A stretch of 64,000 nucleotides of DNA from Acidobacteriota bacterium (GTDB lineage Bacteria > Acidobacteriota > Terriglobia > Terriglobales > SCQP01), in contig DAIDIF010000216.1 in the NCBI GenBank assembly GCA_027451805.1, positions 41,583 to 105,582 on the forward strand. Reading direction: 5' to 3'. Made by a program: the position numbers and the translations under genes. Shown in pieces: positions 35,676-45,593 of this stretch (position 1 is its first letter; every line of letters begins with the position of its first letter). The notes under the pieces were generated by a model. It saw only the letters and a list, made by a program, of their open reading frames with translations, searched no databases and had not been told where the DNA came from.

Positions 35676-37370
35676 CTAGCTGCGCGCCTCGGCTGGTTTC
35701 GCCGCCGTGGGCGCAATCCCGCGACGCGGGAACCTTCCCTGGAAGATGGACAAGAAACCGGTGGTGAAGTAGCCCACGACGAACAGCAGGATGAAGGGGA
35801 TGGTCAGGTAGTTCTGCATCTCAAAGGCGTAGACGGCAACCGCCGCGAACATCGTCCCCAGCACCAGCTCGATCAGCGGCGACCATCCGATCTTGCGCCG
35901 GTAGGCCTTCTTCCGCGCCACGCTGGCCGCCGTGTCGGCCTTGCTCTCGATCCGGAACTTCGGTGTGCGCTGGAATGCGCTCTTGATCCCGAACAACGCC
36001 TCCAGCACCGCCTTGGTGTTGGTGACGGTCAGCCCGATGCCGATCGCCATCACCATCGGCATGTAGAGGAGGGTCTTCATCCAGTGCCGCGGAAACAGCT
36101 CGCGCTGCGAGGCCAGGTAAAACGTCGAAAACGACCAGGTGGCGGCCAGAAACAGCGGCAGGTCAATATAAAGCATCTGAAACCAGCCCTGGTAGAAGCG
36201 CACGATCATGGCCGGCAGCAGCATCGTGCACAGCACGATCATCATGGGATAGCTGATGTTGGCGGTCAGGTGGCACCAGGCCTCGAGTTTGTGTTCTCCG
36301 CTGATGTCCTTGCGTCGCAGCAGCTGCGGCAGGATCTTCTTGGAAACTTGGATCAGCCCCTTCGCCCAGCGCGCCTGCTGCACCTTGAAGGCGTTCATCT
36401 CCACCGGCAGCTCCGAGGGGCACTCGACCTGCGGCAGATAGACGAACCGCCAGCCGCGCAACTGCGCGCGGTAGCTCAAGTCCGTATCTTCGGTCAGGGT
36501 GTCGTGCTCCCAGCCGCCGGCGTCTTCGATGGCCTCCCGCCGCCAAACGCCCGCCGTGCCGTTGAAGTTGAAGAACAGACCCGCGCGGTGACGGGCGCCG
36601 TGCTCCATGACGAAGTGCCCGTCCAGCAGGATCGCTTCCACCTTGGTCAGCCAGGAGTAGTTGCGATTGATGTAGCCCCAGCGCGTCTGTACCATGCCCA
36701 GCTTGGGGTCGGTGAAGAAGTCCACCGTGCGGGTCAGAAAATCCGGCGGCGGGACGAAATCCGCGTCGAAGATCGCAATCAGCTCGCCCTGGGCGGTGTG
36801 CATGCCCTCATCCAACGCGCCCGCCTTGAACCCGTGCCGGTTGGTGCGGTGGATGCAGCGGATGGGTTGTCCCAGAGCCTGCTGCCGCTCTACCGCCGCC
36901 TCGGCCACCGCGTAGGTCGCGTCGGTGGAGTCATCGAGGAGCTGAATGTCGAGTTTGTCGCGCGGATAGTCCAGCTTGCACACTGCGTCAATCAGCCGCT
37001 CTACCACGAACTGCTCGTTGTAGACCGGCAACTGCACGGTCACCCGGGGCAGCTCGGCAAATCGCGCCGGCGGGTCCACCGCCTGCCGTTTGCGGTAGCG
37101 GAAGTAACGGAACACCAGCATGTAGCGGTGGAATCCGTAGAAGGCGAGCACCACCAGCACGGCGAAGTAGGGAATCAGCAGCGTAATGTCGAAGGCGTTG
37201 GCCTGGTACAGCGGCAGGTTTGCCGGCCCCACGGTGAAGGTGCGGTTCAGAAGCTGGGTCTGGATGTAATGCAGAATTGGATTCTGCTGCGCGGTTTGCA
37301 GCCAGAAACCGGCGGCCGCGGCCATGCCTACGCTATAGTAACGGGGGCTGGTTGGCGGCACGGGAGACAT
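35676..37370 (-). CDS. membrane-embedded family 2 glycosyltransferase (cellulose-synthase-like processive type)
   Basis: Contains VTVQLPVYNE, LLDDSTD, IAIFDADF and the QxxRW motif (VQQARWAKG), flanked by N- and C-terminal TM helices. Start ambiguous: ATG 37370 (shares CATG with the divergent gene) or ATG 37325. The ORF-track start at 37433 is less likely. Confidence 0.8.
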   Translation of the reverse strand: MSPVPPTSPRYYSVGMAAAAGFWLQTAQQNPILHYIQTQLLNRTFTVGPANLPLYQANAFDITLLIPYFAVLVVLAFYGFHRYMLVFRYFRYRKRQAVDPPARFAELPRVTVQLPVYNEQFVVERLIDAVCKLDYPRDKLDIQLLDDSTDATYAVAEAAVERQQALGQPIRCIHRTNRHGFKAGALDEGMHTAQGELIAIFDADFVPPPDFLTRTVDFFTDPKLGMVQTRWGYINRNYSWLTKVEAILLDGHFVMEHGARHRAGLFFNFNGTAGVWRREAIEDAGGWEHDTLTEDTDLSYRAQLRGWRFVYLPQVECPSELPVEMNAFKVQQARWAKGLIQVSKKILPQLLRRKDISGEHKLEAWCHLTANISYPMMIVLCTMLLPAMIVRFYQGWFQMLYIDLPLFLAATWSFSTFYLASQRELFPRHWMKTLLYMPMVMAIGIGLTVTNTKAVLEALFGIKSAFQRTPKFRIESKADTAASVARKKAYRRKIGWSPLIELVLGTMFAAVAVYAFEMQNYLTIPFILLFVVGYFTTGFLSIFQGRFPRRGIAPTAAKPAEARS

Positions 37371-38712
37371 GAGCGACCGCAAAGGGGGCTGGTTTTGGCT
37401 TGGGCTGGCGGTGCTGCTGGAGGCCGCGTTCATCGCGCTTGTCCGGCTGCCTCAGGGCGCCGGATCGTCCATGCGGCGCAGCCTCGTGTGGCTGAGCGCC
37501 GCAGGATTAGTTTACCTGATCGCCGTTCTCCTGACGCTTCGCCCCACCCGTCTGGGTCTGCCCAGCCTCCGGCTGCTCTTCTGGTCGGCGCTAATTTTTC
37601 GCCTGACTCTGCTCCCGCTCACCCCGCTACTCACCCACGCCGCGCTCCGCAATCAATGGGAAGGAAAGATCCAGCACTTCGGCTTTAACCCCTATCCCTA
37701 TCCGCCGTCCAACCCCCTGTTTTCCCCCCTGCAGCCCCCGGTCCAGCTGCCGGCGCCGCGCATCGCGGCCTGGCGCCCGCCCCTCGCCGAGCTGTTGCTG
37801 CACGGCGCCTACACGCTCTTTCGAGGCCTGCGCAGGCAAAAAATCGCCTGGGCCGCCCTCGATCTGCTCCTCATCCTGCTTCTTTTTCGCCTGCTCCGCT
37901 CCCGCGCCCGCCCGCCCGCCTGGGCCCTGCTCTACGCCTGGTCGCCGCTGGCTGTGTTTGAGGTCGCCGGCAACGGCCACCTGGTTCCCGCCGCCGCCCT
38001 CCTGCTGTTGCTGGCGCTGGACTGGGCGTCCCGCGCGACCAAGCGCGCCGGCGTCGCCGCCGCCGCCGCCGCTCTGGTCGCCTGGTACGCCCTCATCGCG
38101 GTCCCGCTGGTGTTCGCGGGCGCCGGCCGCCGTTGGAAGGGAATGCTCACCTGGTTCATCCTGGCCGGTGCGCTGATCTGGGCTCCGTTTCTCTTTTTCA
38201 ACCGTAGGCTCATCCTCCCCGCCGTGTGGCACAACCTTCACCAGCGCCTGGCCGCGCCCGCCTTCAACGCCAGCCTCTTCCCCCTGCTGCAGTCGTGGTT
38301 CGGCACTCCGTTGGCTTGGACCGTCGCCGTGGGGCTGGTCGCCGCCGCGCTCGCCGGGGCACTCTGGCCGCGAGGCGTGGGCCCGGCGCGGCGCACGAGC
38401 GCGGCGGGGGGCGAGGCCGCGCCGGAGCTGGCGCCCAGCCATGACCCGCTGCGCGCCGCCTTCGTCGCCATCGGCGCGCTGCTGCTCGTCCTGCCTCATG
38501 TCCAACCCGCCCTGGCGCTCTGGATCCTGCCCTTCGTCGTCTTCTTTCCCGAGCCGGCGTGGATCTACTTTTCGCTGGCCGTGGTTTGGGGCTACGCCGC
38601 CGGCCATTCCCGGGCCTGGACCTGGGTTGAGTACGCGCCGCTCTACGCTCTGCTCGGCTGGCAGTTCTGGCGCTCCCGCCCGGCCAACCCTTCGCGCGCG
38701 GCGTCGCCGTGA
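37369..38712 (+). CDS. polytopic membrane protein, GT87/DUF2029-like (GT-C type) putative glycosyltransferase
   Basis: 447 aa with about 10 hydrophobic segments. An early loop reads ..WEGKIQHFGFNPYPYPPSNPLF, reminiscent of DUF2029/mannosyltransferase loops. The assignment is tentative. The stop overlaps the maf start (GTGATGA). Confidence 0.5.
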   Translation: MSDRKGGWFWLGLAVLLEAAFIALVRLPQGAGSSMRRSLVWLSAAGLVYLIAVLLTLRPTRLGLPSLRLLFWSALIFRLTLLPLTPLLTHAALRNQWEGKIQHFGFNPYPYPPSNPLFSPLQPPVQLPAPRIAAWRPPLAELLLHGAYTLFRGLRRQKIAWAALDLLLILLLFRLLRSRARPPAWALLYAWSPLAVFEVAGNGHLVPAAALLLLLALDWASRATKRAGVAAAAAALVAWYALIAVPLVFAGAGRRWKGMLTWFILAGALIWAPFLFFNRRLILPAVWHNLHQRLAAPAFNASLFPLLQSWFGTPLAWTVAVGLVAAALAGALWPRGVGPARRTSAAGGEAAPELAPSHDPLRAAFVAIGALLLVLPHVQPALALWILPFVVFFPEPAWIYFSLAVVWGYAAGHSRAWTWVEYAPLYALLGWQFWRSRPANPSRAASP

Positions 38713-39287
38713 TGATCCTGGCCTCCGCCTCGCCCCGGCGCCGCGAGCTTCTCGCCCGTGCGGGCTGGCCTTTCCTGGTCCGTCCCGCCTCGGTCGACGA
38801 GACTCCTTGGCCGCGCGAATCGGCGCGAGGTTATGTTCTCCGCTTAGCCAAAGCCAAAGCGCGCTGCATCCTCCCCGAGCACCCGGGCCGGGGCACGGTC
38901 GTGCTCGGAGCCGACACCACGGTTGCCATCGGTCAATCCATCCTGGCCAAACCCGGCTCCGACGCCGAAGCTGCCGCCATGCTCCGCCGCCTCTCCGGCC
39001 GCTGCCATCAAGTCCTCACCGGAGTGTGCCTGCGCGAGGCGGCCACCGGACGGGAAGCCGCCGCCGTCGCCCGCACCGACGTCTGGTTCGGCCCGCTCAG
39101 CGCGCGCCAAATCGCCGCTTACGTCGCCGGCGGTGAGCCGCGCGACAAGGCCGGCGCGTACGCCATCCAGGGCGGCGCCGCCGGGTTTGTCCGCCGCCTC
39201 CAGGGCTCCTACTCCAATGTGGTGGGCTTGCCGATCGAGCTGGTCTGGACGCTCTGGCTCGAACTGGCCGCCCCTGCCGTAGGATAA
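38709..39287 (+). CDS. maf: Maf-like nucleoside triphosphate pyrophosphatase
   Basis: 192 aa. Contains ILASASPRRRELL, GADTTV, KP and AGAYAIQG, the Maf family motifs. Confidence 0.85.
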   Translation: MMILASASPRRRELLARAGWPFLVRPASVDETPWPRESARGYVLRLAKAKARCILPEHPGRGTVVLGADTTVAIGQSILAKPGSDAEAAAMLRRLSGRCHQVLTGVCLREAATGREAAAVARTDVWFGPLSARQIAAYVAGGEPRDKAGAYAIQGGAAGFVRRLQGSYSNVVGLPIELVWTLWLELAAPAVG

Positions 39288-39295
39288 AGTCAGCC

Positions 39296-39457
39296 GTGCC
39301 CAGGAAGAGAAAGCCGCGTCCGCCCTCCGCCGCCACGCTGGTGCGCGCCAAAGCCCGCGCTCGCCTGGGTTCGCCCCCACCCACCCAAGCCGTACCCAGC
39401 CGCCGCCGCGAAGAGCCCAAGCATAAGCCGGACTGGCGCGCGCAAGCCGAAGAATGA
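39296..39457 (+). CDS. possible 53-aa highly basic micro-protein (not in ORF track)
   Basis: A GTG at 39296 is preceded by AGGA (39281-84). Translation MPRKRKPRPPSAATLVRAKARARLGSPPPTQAVPSRRREEPKHKPDWRAQAEE has high GC3. The stop forms an ATGA overlap with the downstream methyltransferase start. It could equally be a chance ORF in GC-rich DNA. Confidence 0.25.
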   Translation: MPRKRKPRPPSAATLVRAKARARLGSPPPTQAVPSRRREEPKHKPDWRAQAEE

Positions 39458-40194
39458 GTTCTCCCCAGTTCGAAGAGCAGTATTTCGAGGACCCGAACTT
39501 CCCGCCGGGCCTCAAAGGCGGCGACGAGGTGACGGGGTATGGTTACTTTCCCGATTATTTCCCCATCGTCGAGGCCCAGCTCTCCGCCCTGGCCGAGCTC
39601 AGCCAGGCCGCCAGCCTGCTCGACGCCGGCTGCGGCAAGGGCGCGCTCGCCGCCTATGCCCGCCAGGATCTCGGCCTGCGGGTCACCGGGCTCGACCGCA
39701 GCCGCCACGGCATCGCTTGCGCGGCGCGCAGCTTCGGCGGAGGGATGAGCGTGCGCGGCGACTGCGCCCGGCTGCCGTTCGCCGCCGCCGCCTTTGACGC
39801 CGCGTGGTGCAACGGCGTGCTGCAATATCTGGAGGCCGCCGCCGCCCGGGCCGCGCTCGCCGAACTCGCCCGCGTCAGCCGCCGCGCCGTCTTCGTCTCC
39901 AACATTGCCGCCGCCCAGCGGCACACCGAATGGGGACGCCGCGACCAGCTCACCCGCCTCTATCTCCGCCCCGGGCAATGGGCCGCGGTCGCCGCCGCGG
40001 CCATTGCTCCCGGCTGGCATGTCTCGGCCGTGCCCTTTGAAGGCGAGGCAGCCATGGTCTTCTGGCGCGAGCCGCTCAACGCTTTGTTCCCCTTGCGCTT
40101 CGTCGAGCTCTCGCTCGAGCGGATGCAGCGCCTGGGCGCGCTGCGGCGCTCGCCCCCCGGCCTGGATGAGTTTTACCGCCGCCGCTCGCGCTAG
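39454..40194 (+). CDS. class I SAM-dependent methyltransferase
   Basis: 246 aa. Motif I LLDAGCGKGALAAY, post-I VTGLDRS, and FDAAWCNGVLQYL. Confidence 0.7.
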   Translation: MSSPQFEEQYFEDPNFPPGLKGGDEVTGYGYFPDYFPIVEAQLSALAELSQAASLLDAGCGKGALAAYARQDLGLRVTGLDRSRHGIACAARSFGGGMSVRGDCARLPFAAAAFDAAWCNGVLQYLEAAAARAALAELARVSRRAVFVSNIAAAQRHTEWGRRDQLTRLYLRPGQWAAVAAAAIAPGWHVSAVPFEGEAAMVFWREPLNALFPLRFVELSLERMQRLGALRRSPPGLDEFYRRRSR

Positions 40195-40301
40195 AGCGGA
40201 TCCAGCCATGCCGCGCCCCTGCCGATCATCTGCAATGCGGCTTTTTACCAATAAGGCCGCTCGCGCCTCCCAATCCCGGCTACACCAACGCGGGATGTGC
40301 G

Positions 40302-42398
40302 CTAGACGACGCGGGCGAGCATCAGGGTGATGTCGTCGGCCTGTTCCTCCGTGCCGCTCCACTCCCGCACCGCCGCCAGCACCGTCTGCTGAATCTCGCT
40401 CAGCGGCCGCGTGCGGAGGTTTTCGAGCATCTGCAGCAGCCGCGCCTCGCCGAACTCCACGCCGTACTCGTTCTCCGGCTCCGTGATCCCGTCGCTCCAT
40501 GCCGCCAACAGATCCCCCGGCTCCATCTCCACCGCCGACTCCTCGAACTTCACGTTCTCGAACAGCCCCGCCACCATGCCGCCACGGTCCAGCCGGCGCA
40601 GGCCGTTCCGTCCCAATAGCGCCGGCGGCAGGTGCCCGGCGTTGGAGTACTGCAACTGCCGGCTGTCGGCGTCGTAGAGCGCATAGAACAGCGTCGCGTA
40701 CTTCTCCGGCGGCGTGCTGTGGTAAAGCTGTTGGTTGAGCCGCTCGAGCAGCATGGCCGGGCCGGCCTCGGGATCGTTGCTGCCGTTGCCGTTGCCCCCG
40801 CCCGCCGCCGCCGCCCGCACCATGCGCTCGTTCGCGCTGGGCTGGTAGGCGCGCACCGCAGCCACGATGGTGGCCATCAGCAGCGCCGCCGAGATCCCCT
40901 TGCCGCTGATGTCGCCCAGCGCTAGGCTTACCCGCGACGGGCTGAGTTGCACGAAGTCGAAGTAGTCGCCGCTGACCACCCGCGCCGGCAGGCAGCGCCC
41001 GGAGATTTCCAGCCCCGGCACCTGGGGCGGCGTGCGCGGGAACAGTTGCGCCTGCACCTCGTGCGCGATGCTGAGCTCGCTCTCCAGCCGCTGCTTCTGC
41101 CGTTGCTCCTCCAGCAGCCGCTGGATGGAGGCGGTCATGTTGTTGAAGCTAATCTCCAGCGCCGCTAACTGGTCGCGCGAACGCACCGGGATGCGGTGGT
41201 CGAATTGGCCGCGGTTGATGTGCTCGGTGCCCACGTAGAGATCGTTCACGGCCCGCGTGATCGAGCGCGTCAGCCTCACCCCGGCGATGAAGGAGAACAC
41301 CTCGATAATCAGAAAGCCGATGCCGACCACTCCAAGCAGCACCAGCGGCCAGCGCGACGCCAGCGAGGCGCTCGGCTGGCTCTGGAAACTGGCGAACAAC
41401 TGGTCGTTCAGCAGTGACGGCCGCGTCGTGATGGTCGCCACCACCATCTTTTGCTGTCCCGTAGCCCAGTCGGTGACGGGGATGAACGCCCAACTGGTGA
41501 TTTTGATGTCGAAGTTGCTGTTGGCCGGTCGCAGCGGGGCGGTGCTGGCTAGCACCGGCGCCGGCCCGGTCTCGCTCGCCTTACCCACGCTGACGAGGTT
41601 GACGAACCCCGCCTGCCCCACCGACACCTGGCCCAGCCCGCGCGCCATCGCGTTCAGCGTCCGTTCGGCCATCGCATACCAGGTCAGCACCTGCTCCGGC
41701 TCCTTGCCTTGCGATTCGCCGTAGCCCGCCATCGCGTAGCCGTGGCTGCGCACGATCAGCCCCAGGAACCGTTGCCGCAGCCACCCGCTCAGCGGCCCGA
41801 AGCGCCGTGCCGGCGCGCTCAGCGCCTTGCCCGCCGCGTCATAGGCGTAGGTGCGCACCCCGCCGTAGCGCGGAAAGTAGTAGCTGGCGTAGTAGTGCGC
41901 CAGCCCGGCTGCATCTTCCACCCGGTTCGGATGGCGCTCCAACTCGCGGACGGTGAGGGTATTGACCGCCCCCACGTTCCGCGTGCGCTGGTTGAGCTCG
42001 TTCACCAGCAGGTAGGCGGCGTACTGGCCGTAAAACATGTACGCCCCGATCGCCAGCATTCCGGCGATCAGCAGTACCGGCACCACGCCCATGAACACAT
42101 AGGCCAAAATCAGCCGGTTGCGCAGCAGCCAGAGCGTCTCTGCCGTCAGCAGCAGCGCCACCCGCACCAGCAGCACGAACAGGGCGATGCTGAAGATGGT
42201 TCGGAACAGTCCGAACCAAGGCCAGGGCGGCTGCCCCAACAGCAGCGGTAGCGCTGCCACCAGCCACACCACGCCGATCGCCAGCGTGACCTTAACCAGG
42301 ACGGAATGCCGCAGTTGCGCCAACAGGCGGGCGGTCCGCGCCCGCGCATGCGCGGCCGTCGCCAGCGGCGGCCCGGTTTGTGCCTCCATTGAGGGCAT
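40302..42398 (-). CDS. membrane sensor PP2C-type phosphatase (HAMP + SpoIIE/RsbU-like domain)
   Basis: 698 aa. N-terminal TM helices and a large periplasmic loop. HAMP region (ITRAVNDLYVGTEHINRGQFDHRIPVRSRDQLAALEISFNNM). SpoIIE domain (SGDYFDF.., LGDISGKGISAALLM, WSDGITE). Confidence 0.85.
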   Translation of the reverse strand: MPSMEAQTGPPLATAAHARARTARLLAQLRHSVLVKVTLAIGVVWLVAALPLLLGQPPWPWFGLFRTIFSIALFVLLVRVALLLTAETLWLLRNRLILAYVFMGVVPVLLIAGMLAIGAYMFYGQYAAYLLVNELNQRTRNVGAVNTLTVRELERHPNRVEDAAGLAHYYASYYFPRYGGVRTYAYDAAGKALSAPARRFGPLSGWLRQRFLGLIVRSHGYAMAGYGESQGKEPEQVLTWYAMAERTLNAMARGLGQVSVGQAGFVNLVSVGKASETGPAPVLASTAPLRPANSNFDIKITSWAFIPVTDWATGQQKMVVATITTRPSLLNDQLFASFQSQPSASLASRWPLVLLGVVGIGFLIIEVFSFIAGVRLTRSITRAVNDLYVGTEHINRGQFDHRIPVRSRDQLAALEISFNNMTASIQRLLEEQRQKQRLESELSIAHEVQAQLFPRTPPQVPGLEISGRCLPARVVSGDYFDFVQLSPSRVSLALGDISGKGISAALLMATIVAAVRAYQPSANERMVRAAAAGGGNGNGSNDPEAGPAMLLERLNQQLYHSTPPEKYATLFYALYDADSRQLQYSNAGHLPPALLGRNGLRRLDRGGMVAGLFENVKFEESAVEMEPGDLLAAWSDGITEPENEYGVEFGEARLLQMLENLRTRPLSEIQQTVLAAVREWSGTEEQADDITLMLARVV

Positions 42399-42526
42399 GA
42401 CGTTCTGCCCCTAGCCTAGCATCCACCCAAGGCGGCTTTGCCGAAGCCGACCAATGCCGGGCCGGGGGGCCGTCTTTAGATACGACGCCGTGGGCGCGTG
42501 GGTTTTACAACCGGGGAAATCGCGCT

Positions 42527-44053
42527 TTACCGCGCCACCCCACTCGCCTTGTGCAGCGCCGCCTGTACCCGGCTGTGCTTGCGGCCATACAGGAAGTACA
42601 CCACCAAGCCCATCACCAGCCAGATGAGGAAGGCTTCCTTGGTGATGGCGTGCAACTCCCAGATCAGGCCCAGCGCGATGACCATGCCGGCAATCGGTAC
42701 GAACGGCACCCAGGGGGTCTTAAACGGCCGATGCAGGGTCGGTTCCTGGCGCCGCAGCACCCAGACGCCGGCGCAGACGATGGTGAAGGCGCACAGCGTG
42801 CCGATGTTGGTCAGCTCCGCCAGCCGGCTCACCGGCAGCGACGCTGCCAGACAGGCCACCACGATCCCCACCACGATGGAAGAAATATACGGGGTGCGGA
42901 ACTTGGGGTGGATTTTGCTCGCCCACTTCCACAGCAACCCGTCGTGCGACATGGTGAAGAAGATGCGCGACTGCCCGAGCAACATCACCAGCATCGTGGA
43001 CGAGAGCCCGCAGATCGCCCCCAGCTTCACCAGGAAGCTGCCCCAAGCCACGCCGGTCGCGTCCACCCCGATCGCCACCGGATCGGGCACGTTCAAGTTG
43101 CGGTAGGGCAGCAGCCCGGTGAGCAGCCCGCCCACCAGGATATAGAGAATGGTGCACACCACCAGCGAGCCCAAGATTCCGATCGGCATGTCCTTCTGCG
43201 GCTGCTTGGCCTCCTGCGCCGCGGTCGAGACCGCGTCAAAGCCGATATAGGCGAAGAAAATGAACGAGGCCCCGCGGAATACCCCCTGCCAGCCGTAGGG
43301 CAGGAACGGGTGCCAGTTCATCGCCGCGCGGTGGAAGCCGTCGCCCGCCAGGAAGATGGTCGCGATGCCGATGAAGACGAGCAGCACCGAAACCTTGATC
43401 ACCACGATCGCGGTGTTGATGTTGGCCGATTCCTGGATGCCGATCACCAGGACCACGGTCACCAGCAAAATCCCGAGGAAGGCGAGCAGGTCGAAGTGCG
43501 ACATCCCGTGCGGCAGCGCCGCCACCGCCGCCTGCACCGACGCCGGCAGCGTCATCAGCCCCACCCAGTGGCCGCGATAGAGCACTTCCATGGTGCCCGG
43601 GGCGCCGTTGATGGCGGGGGGGATGTTGATCCCCAGCCCCTGGAGGAAGCTGTTGATGTAGCCCGACCATCCCACCGCGACCGTCGCCGCGCCAAACGCG
43701 TACTCCAGAATCAGCGCCCACCCGATGATCCAGGCCACGATCTCACCGAGCGCGGTGTAGCCGTAGCTGTAGGCGCTGCCCGCGATCGGGATGAGGGAGG
43801 CGAACTCGGCGTAGCACAGGCCCGCGAACGCCGAGGCCACCGCCGCCACGATGAAGCTCAGCACCACGGCCGGGCCGGCATACAGCGCCGCCGCCGGCCC
43901 TGTGAGCACGAAAATCCCCGTCCCGATGATCGCGCCGATGCCCAAGGTGACCAGGTTGAAGGGTCCCAGCGTGCGCTTCAGCCCCCCCTGTTCGCCTTCG
44001 GTCTCCTTCAGCATCGCGCGCAGGTCCTTGCGCGCGAATAGGTTCATGCCCAT
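42527..44053 (-). CDS. APC-superfamily amino acid permease (cationic amino acid transporter-like)
   Basis: ORF-track 42527..44188 trimmed to ATG 44053, because the upstream gene ends at 44080. Contains LKRTLGPFNLVTLGIGAIIGTGIFVLTG and about 12-14 TM segments. Confidence 0.85.
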   Translation of the reverse strand: MGMNLFARKDLRAMLKETEGEQGGLKRTLGPFNLVTLGIGAIIGTGIFVLTGPAAALYAGPAVVLSFIVAAVASAFAGLCYAEFASLIPIAGSAYSYGYTALGEIVAWIIGWALILEYAFGAATVAVGWSGYINSFLQGLGINIPPAINGAPGTMEVLYRGHWVGLMTLPASVQAAVAALPHGMSHFDLLAFLGILLVTVVLVIGIQESANINTAIVVIKVSVLLVFIGIATIFLAGDGFHRAAMNWHPFLPYGWQGVFRGASFIFFAYIGFDAVSTAAQEAKQPQKDMPIGILGSLVVCTILYILVGGLLTGLLPYRNLNVPDPVAIGVDATGVAWGSFLVKLGAICGLSSTMLVMLLGQSRIFFTMSHDGLLWKWASKIHPKFRTPYISSIVVGIVVACLAASLPVSRLAELTNIGTLCAFTIVCAGVWVLRRQEPTLHRPFKTPWVPFVPIAGMVIALGLIWELHAITKEAFLIWLVMGLVVYFLYGRKHSRVQAALHKASGVAR

Positions 44054-44079
44054 AGCGGTTTGCCGTCCTTTTTGAAATC

Positions 44080-45576
44080 TTACGCGCGCGCTTCGGCGCC
44101 GCGTGTGAGCTTGCGCCAGACAAAAAACACCGGAACCCCAAGCAGCACCAGCAGCAAGCCGCTGCCGGAGTAGCCCGGGAACACCCACAGCACCACCACG
44201 TCAAAGAAGATCGCGGCGGCGATGTAGAGCGCCGGCAGCCAGGGGTAGGCCAGCACCTTGTAGGGCCGTGCCATCTCCGGCCGCTGCCTGCGCAGCACGA
44301 ACAGGCCGGTGATGGTCAGGATATAGAAAATGAACTCCGCGAACATCACGTAGTTGAGCAGGTTGGTATAGGTGCCCGAGAGGCACAGCAGGCAGGCCCA
44401 CAGGCCCTGAAGCCACAACCCGCGCCCCGGAACCTGGTTCTTGTTGAGGTGGGCCACGCCGCTGAAGAACACGTTGTCCTTGGCCATGGCGTAGTACACG
44501 CGCGCCCCCGCCAGGATCAGGCCGTTGGTGCAGCCGAAGGTCGAGACCAGGATCGCCAGCGCGATCAGCACCGCGCCGGTGTGGCCGTAAAGCACGCCCA
44601 GCATCGCCGATGCCACCCGATCCTCGGGTGCGTTCGCGATCCCGCTGAAGGGCAGCACGCTCAGGTAGGCGAGGTTGGCCAGCAGGTAGATCACGGTCAC
44701 AATGCCGGTGCCCAGCGCCAGCGACAGCGGCAGATTGCGCTGCGGATTTTTGGTCTCACCCGCGGTGAAGGTGACGTTGTTCCACGAATCCGAAGAGAAC
44801 AGCGAGCCCACCATGGCGGCGAACACCACCACAATGGTCGCGGTCTTGACCGTCGGGCCGCCGGTGGCTCCGCTGAGGTTGTAGCTGCCGCGGGTAAAAA
44901 AGCCGGCGAAAAAGTTGTGCCAGAAGCGGGCGAAGTTGGCCGCGATCACCTCCGGGTTGCGCGCCACCGCCACGCCCAGCAGAATCAGCCCCACTAGCGC
45001 GGCGATCTTGGCGAAGGTGAAGACGTTCTGGACCAGCGCGCCGGCCTTGAGCCCGCGGCTGTTCAGCCAGGTGAGGAATAGGATGACGGCAATCGCCACC
45101 AGTTCCTCGGTGTTGAGGCCGAGTTGCACCGGGCCCAAGCTGCCCCAGTGAAAGAGCCAGTGCTGATCGGAGATGGCGTTGGGATAGACGACGCCCAGGT
45201 ACTTGGCAAAGGCCATGCAGACGGCCGCGATGGTGCCCGTCTGGATCACCAGGAAGGAAGTCCAGCCGTACAGGAATCCGAACAGCGGCGAAAAGGCTTC
45301 GCGCAGGTATACGTACTGGCCGCCGGCTTGCGGCATGGCCGCCGCCAGCTCGCCGTAGCACAGCGCCCCGGCCATGGTCATCAAGCCGGTGATGGTCCAC
45401 ACCAGCATCAGCAGCGCCGGCGAGCCCACCTGCCGCGCAATCTGGGGCGAGACCACGAAGATGCCCGAGCCGATCATGATGCCCATCACGATCGTGGTGG
45501 CGCTGGTCAGCCCCAGGGTCTTCACCTGGCCGGTGGAGGCGTCCGTCTGGGTGGGGGAGGCGCTGTTCGTGGCCAT
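44080..45576 (-). CDS. APC-superfamily amino acid/polyamine transporter (LAT/SteT-like)
   Basis: 498 aa. Contains LGLTSATTIVMGIMIGSGIFVSP, YGELAAAMPQAGGQYVYLREAF, and 12 predicted TM segments. Confidence 0.85.
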   Translation of the reverse strand: MATNSASPTQTDASTGQVKTLGLTSATTIVMGIMIGSGIFVVSPQIARQVGSPALLMLVWTITGLMTMAGALCYGELAAAMPQAGGQYVYLREAFSPLFGFLYGWTSFLVIQTGTIAAVCMAFAKYLGVVYPNAISDQHWLFHWGSLGPVQLGLNTEELVAIAVILFLTWLNSRGLKAGALVQNVFTFAKIAALVGLILLGVAVARNPEVIAANFARFWHNFFAGFFTRGSYNLSGATGGPTVKTATIVVVFAAMVGSLFSSDSWNNVTFTAGETKNPQRNLPLSLALGTGIVTVIYLLANLAYLSVLPFSGIANAPEDRVASAMLGVLYGHTGAVLIALAILVSTFGCTNGLILAGARVYYAMAKDNVFFSGVAHLNKNQVPGRGLWLQGLWACLLCLSGTYTNLLNYVMFAEFIFYILTITGLFVLRRQRPEMARPYKVLAYPWLPALYIAAAIFFDVVVLWVFPGYSGSGLLLVLLGVPVFFVWRKLTRGAEARA

Positions 45577-45593
45577 GGTTTTGACTTTGGGGA

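Noticed and set aside
40237-40260. 8-bp hairpin (gcggcttt..aaggccgc) between the convergent methyltransferase and SpoIIE-phosphatase genes.
   Set aside because: No U-tract follows it on either strand, so I did not call it an intrinsic terminator.
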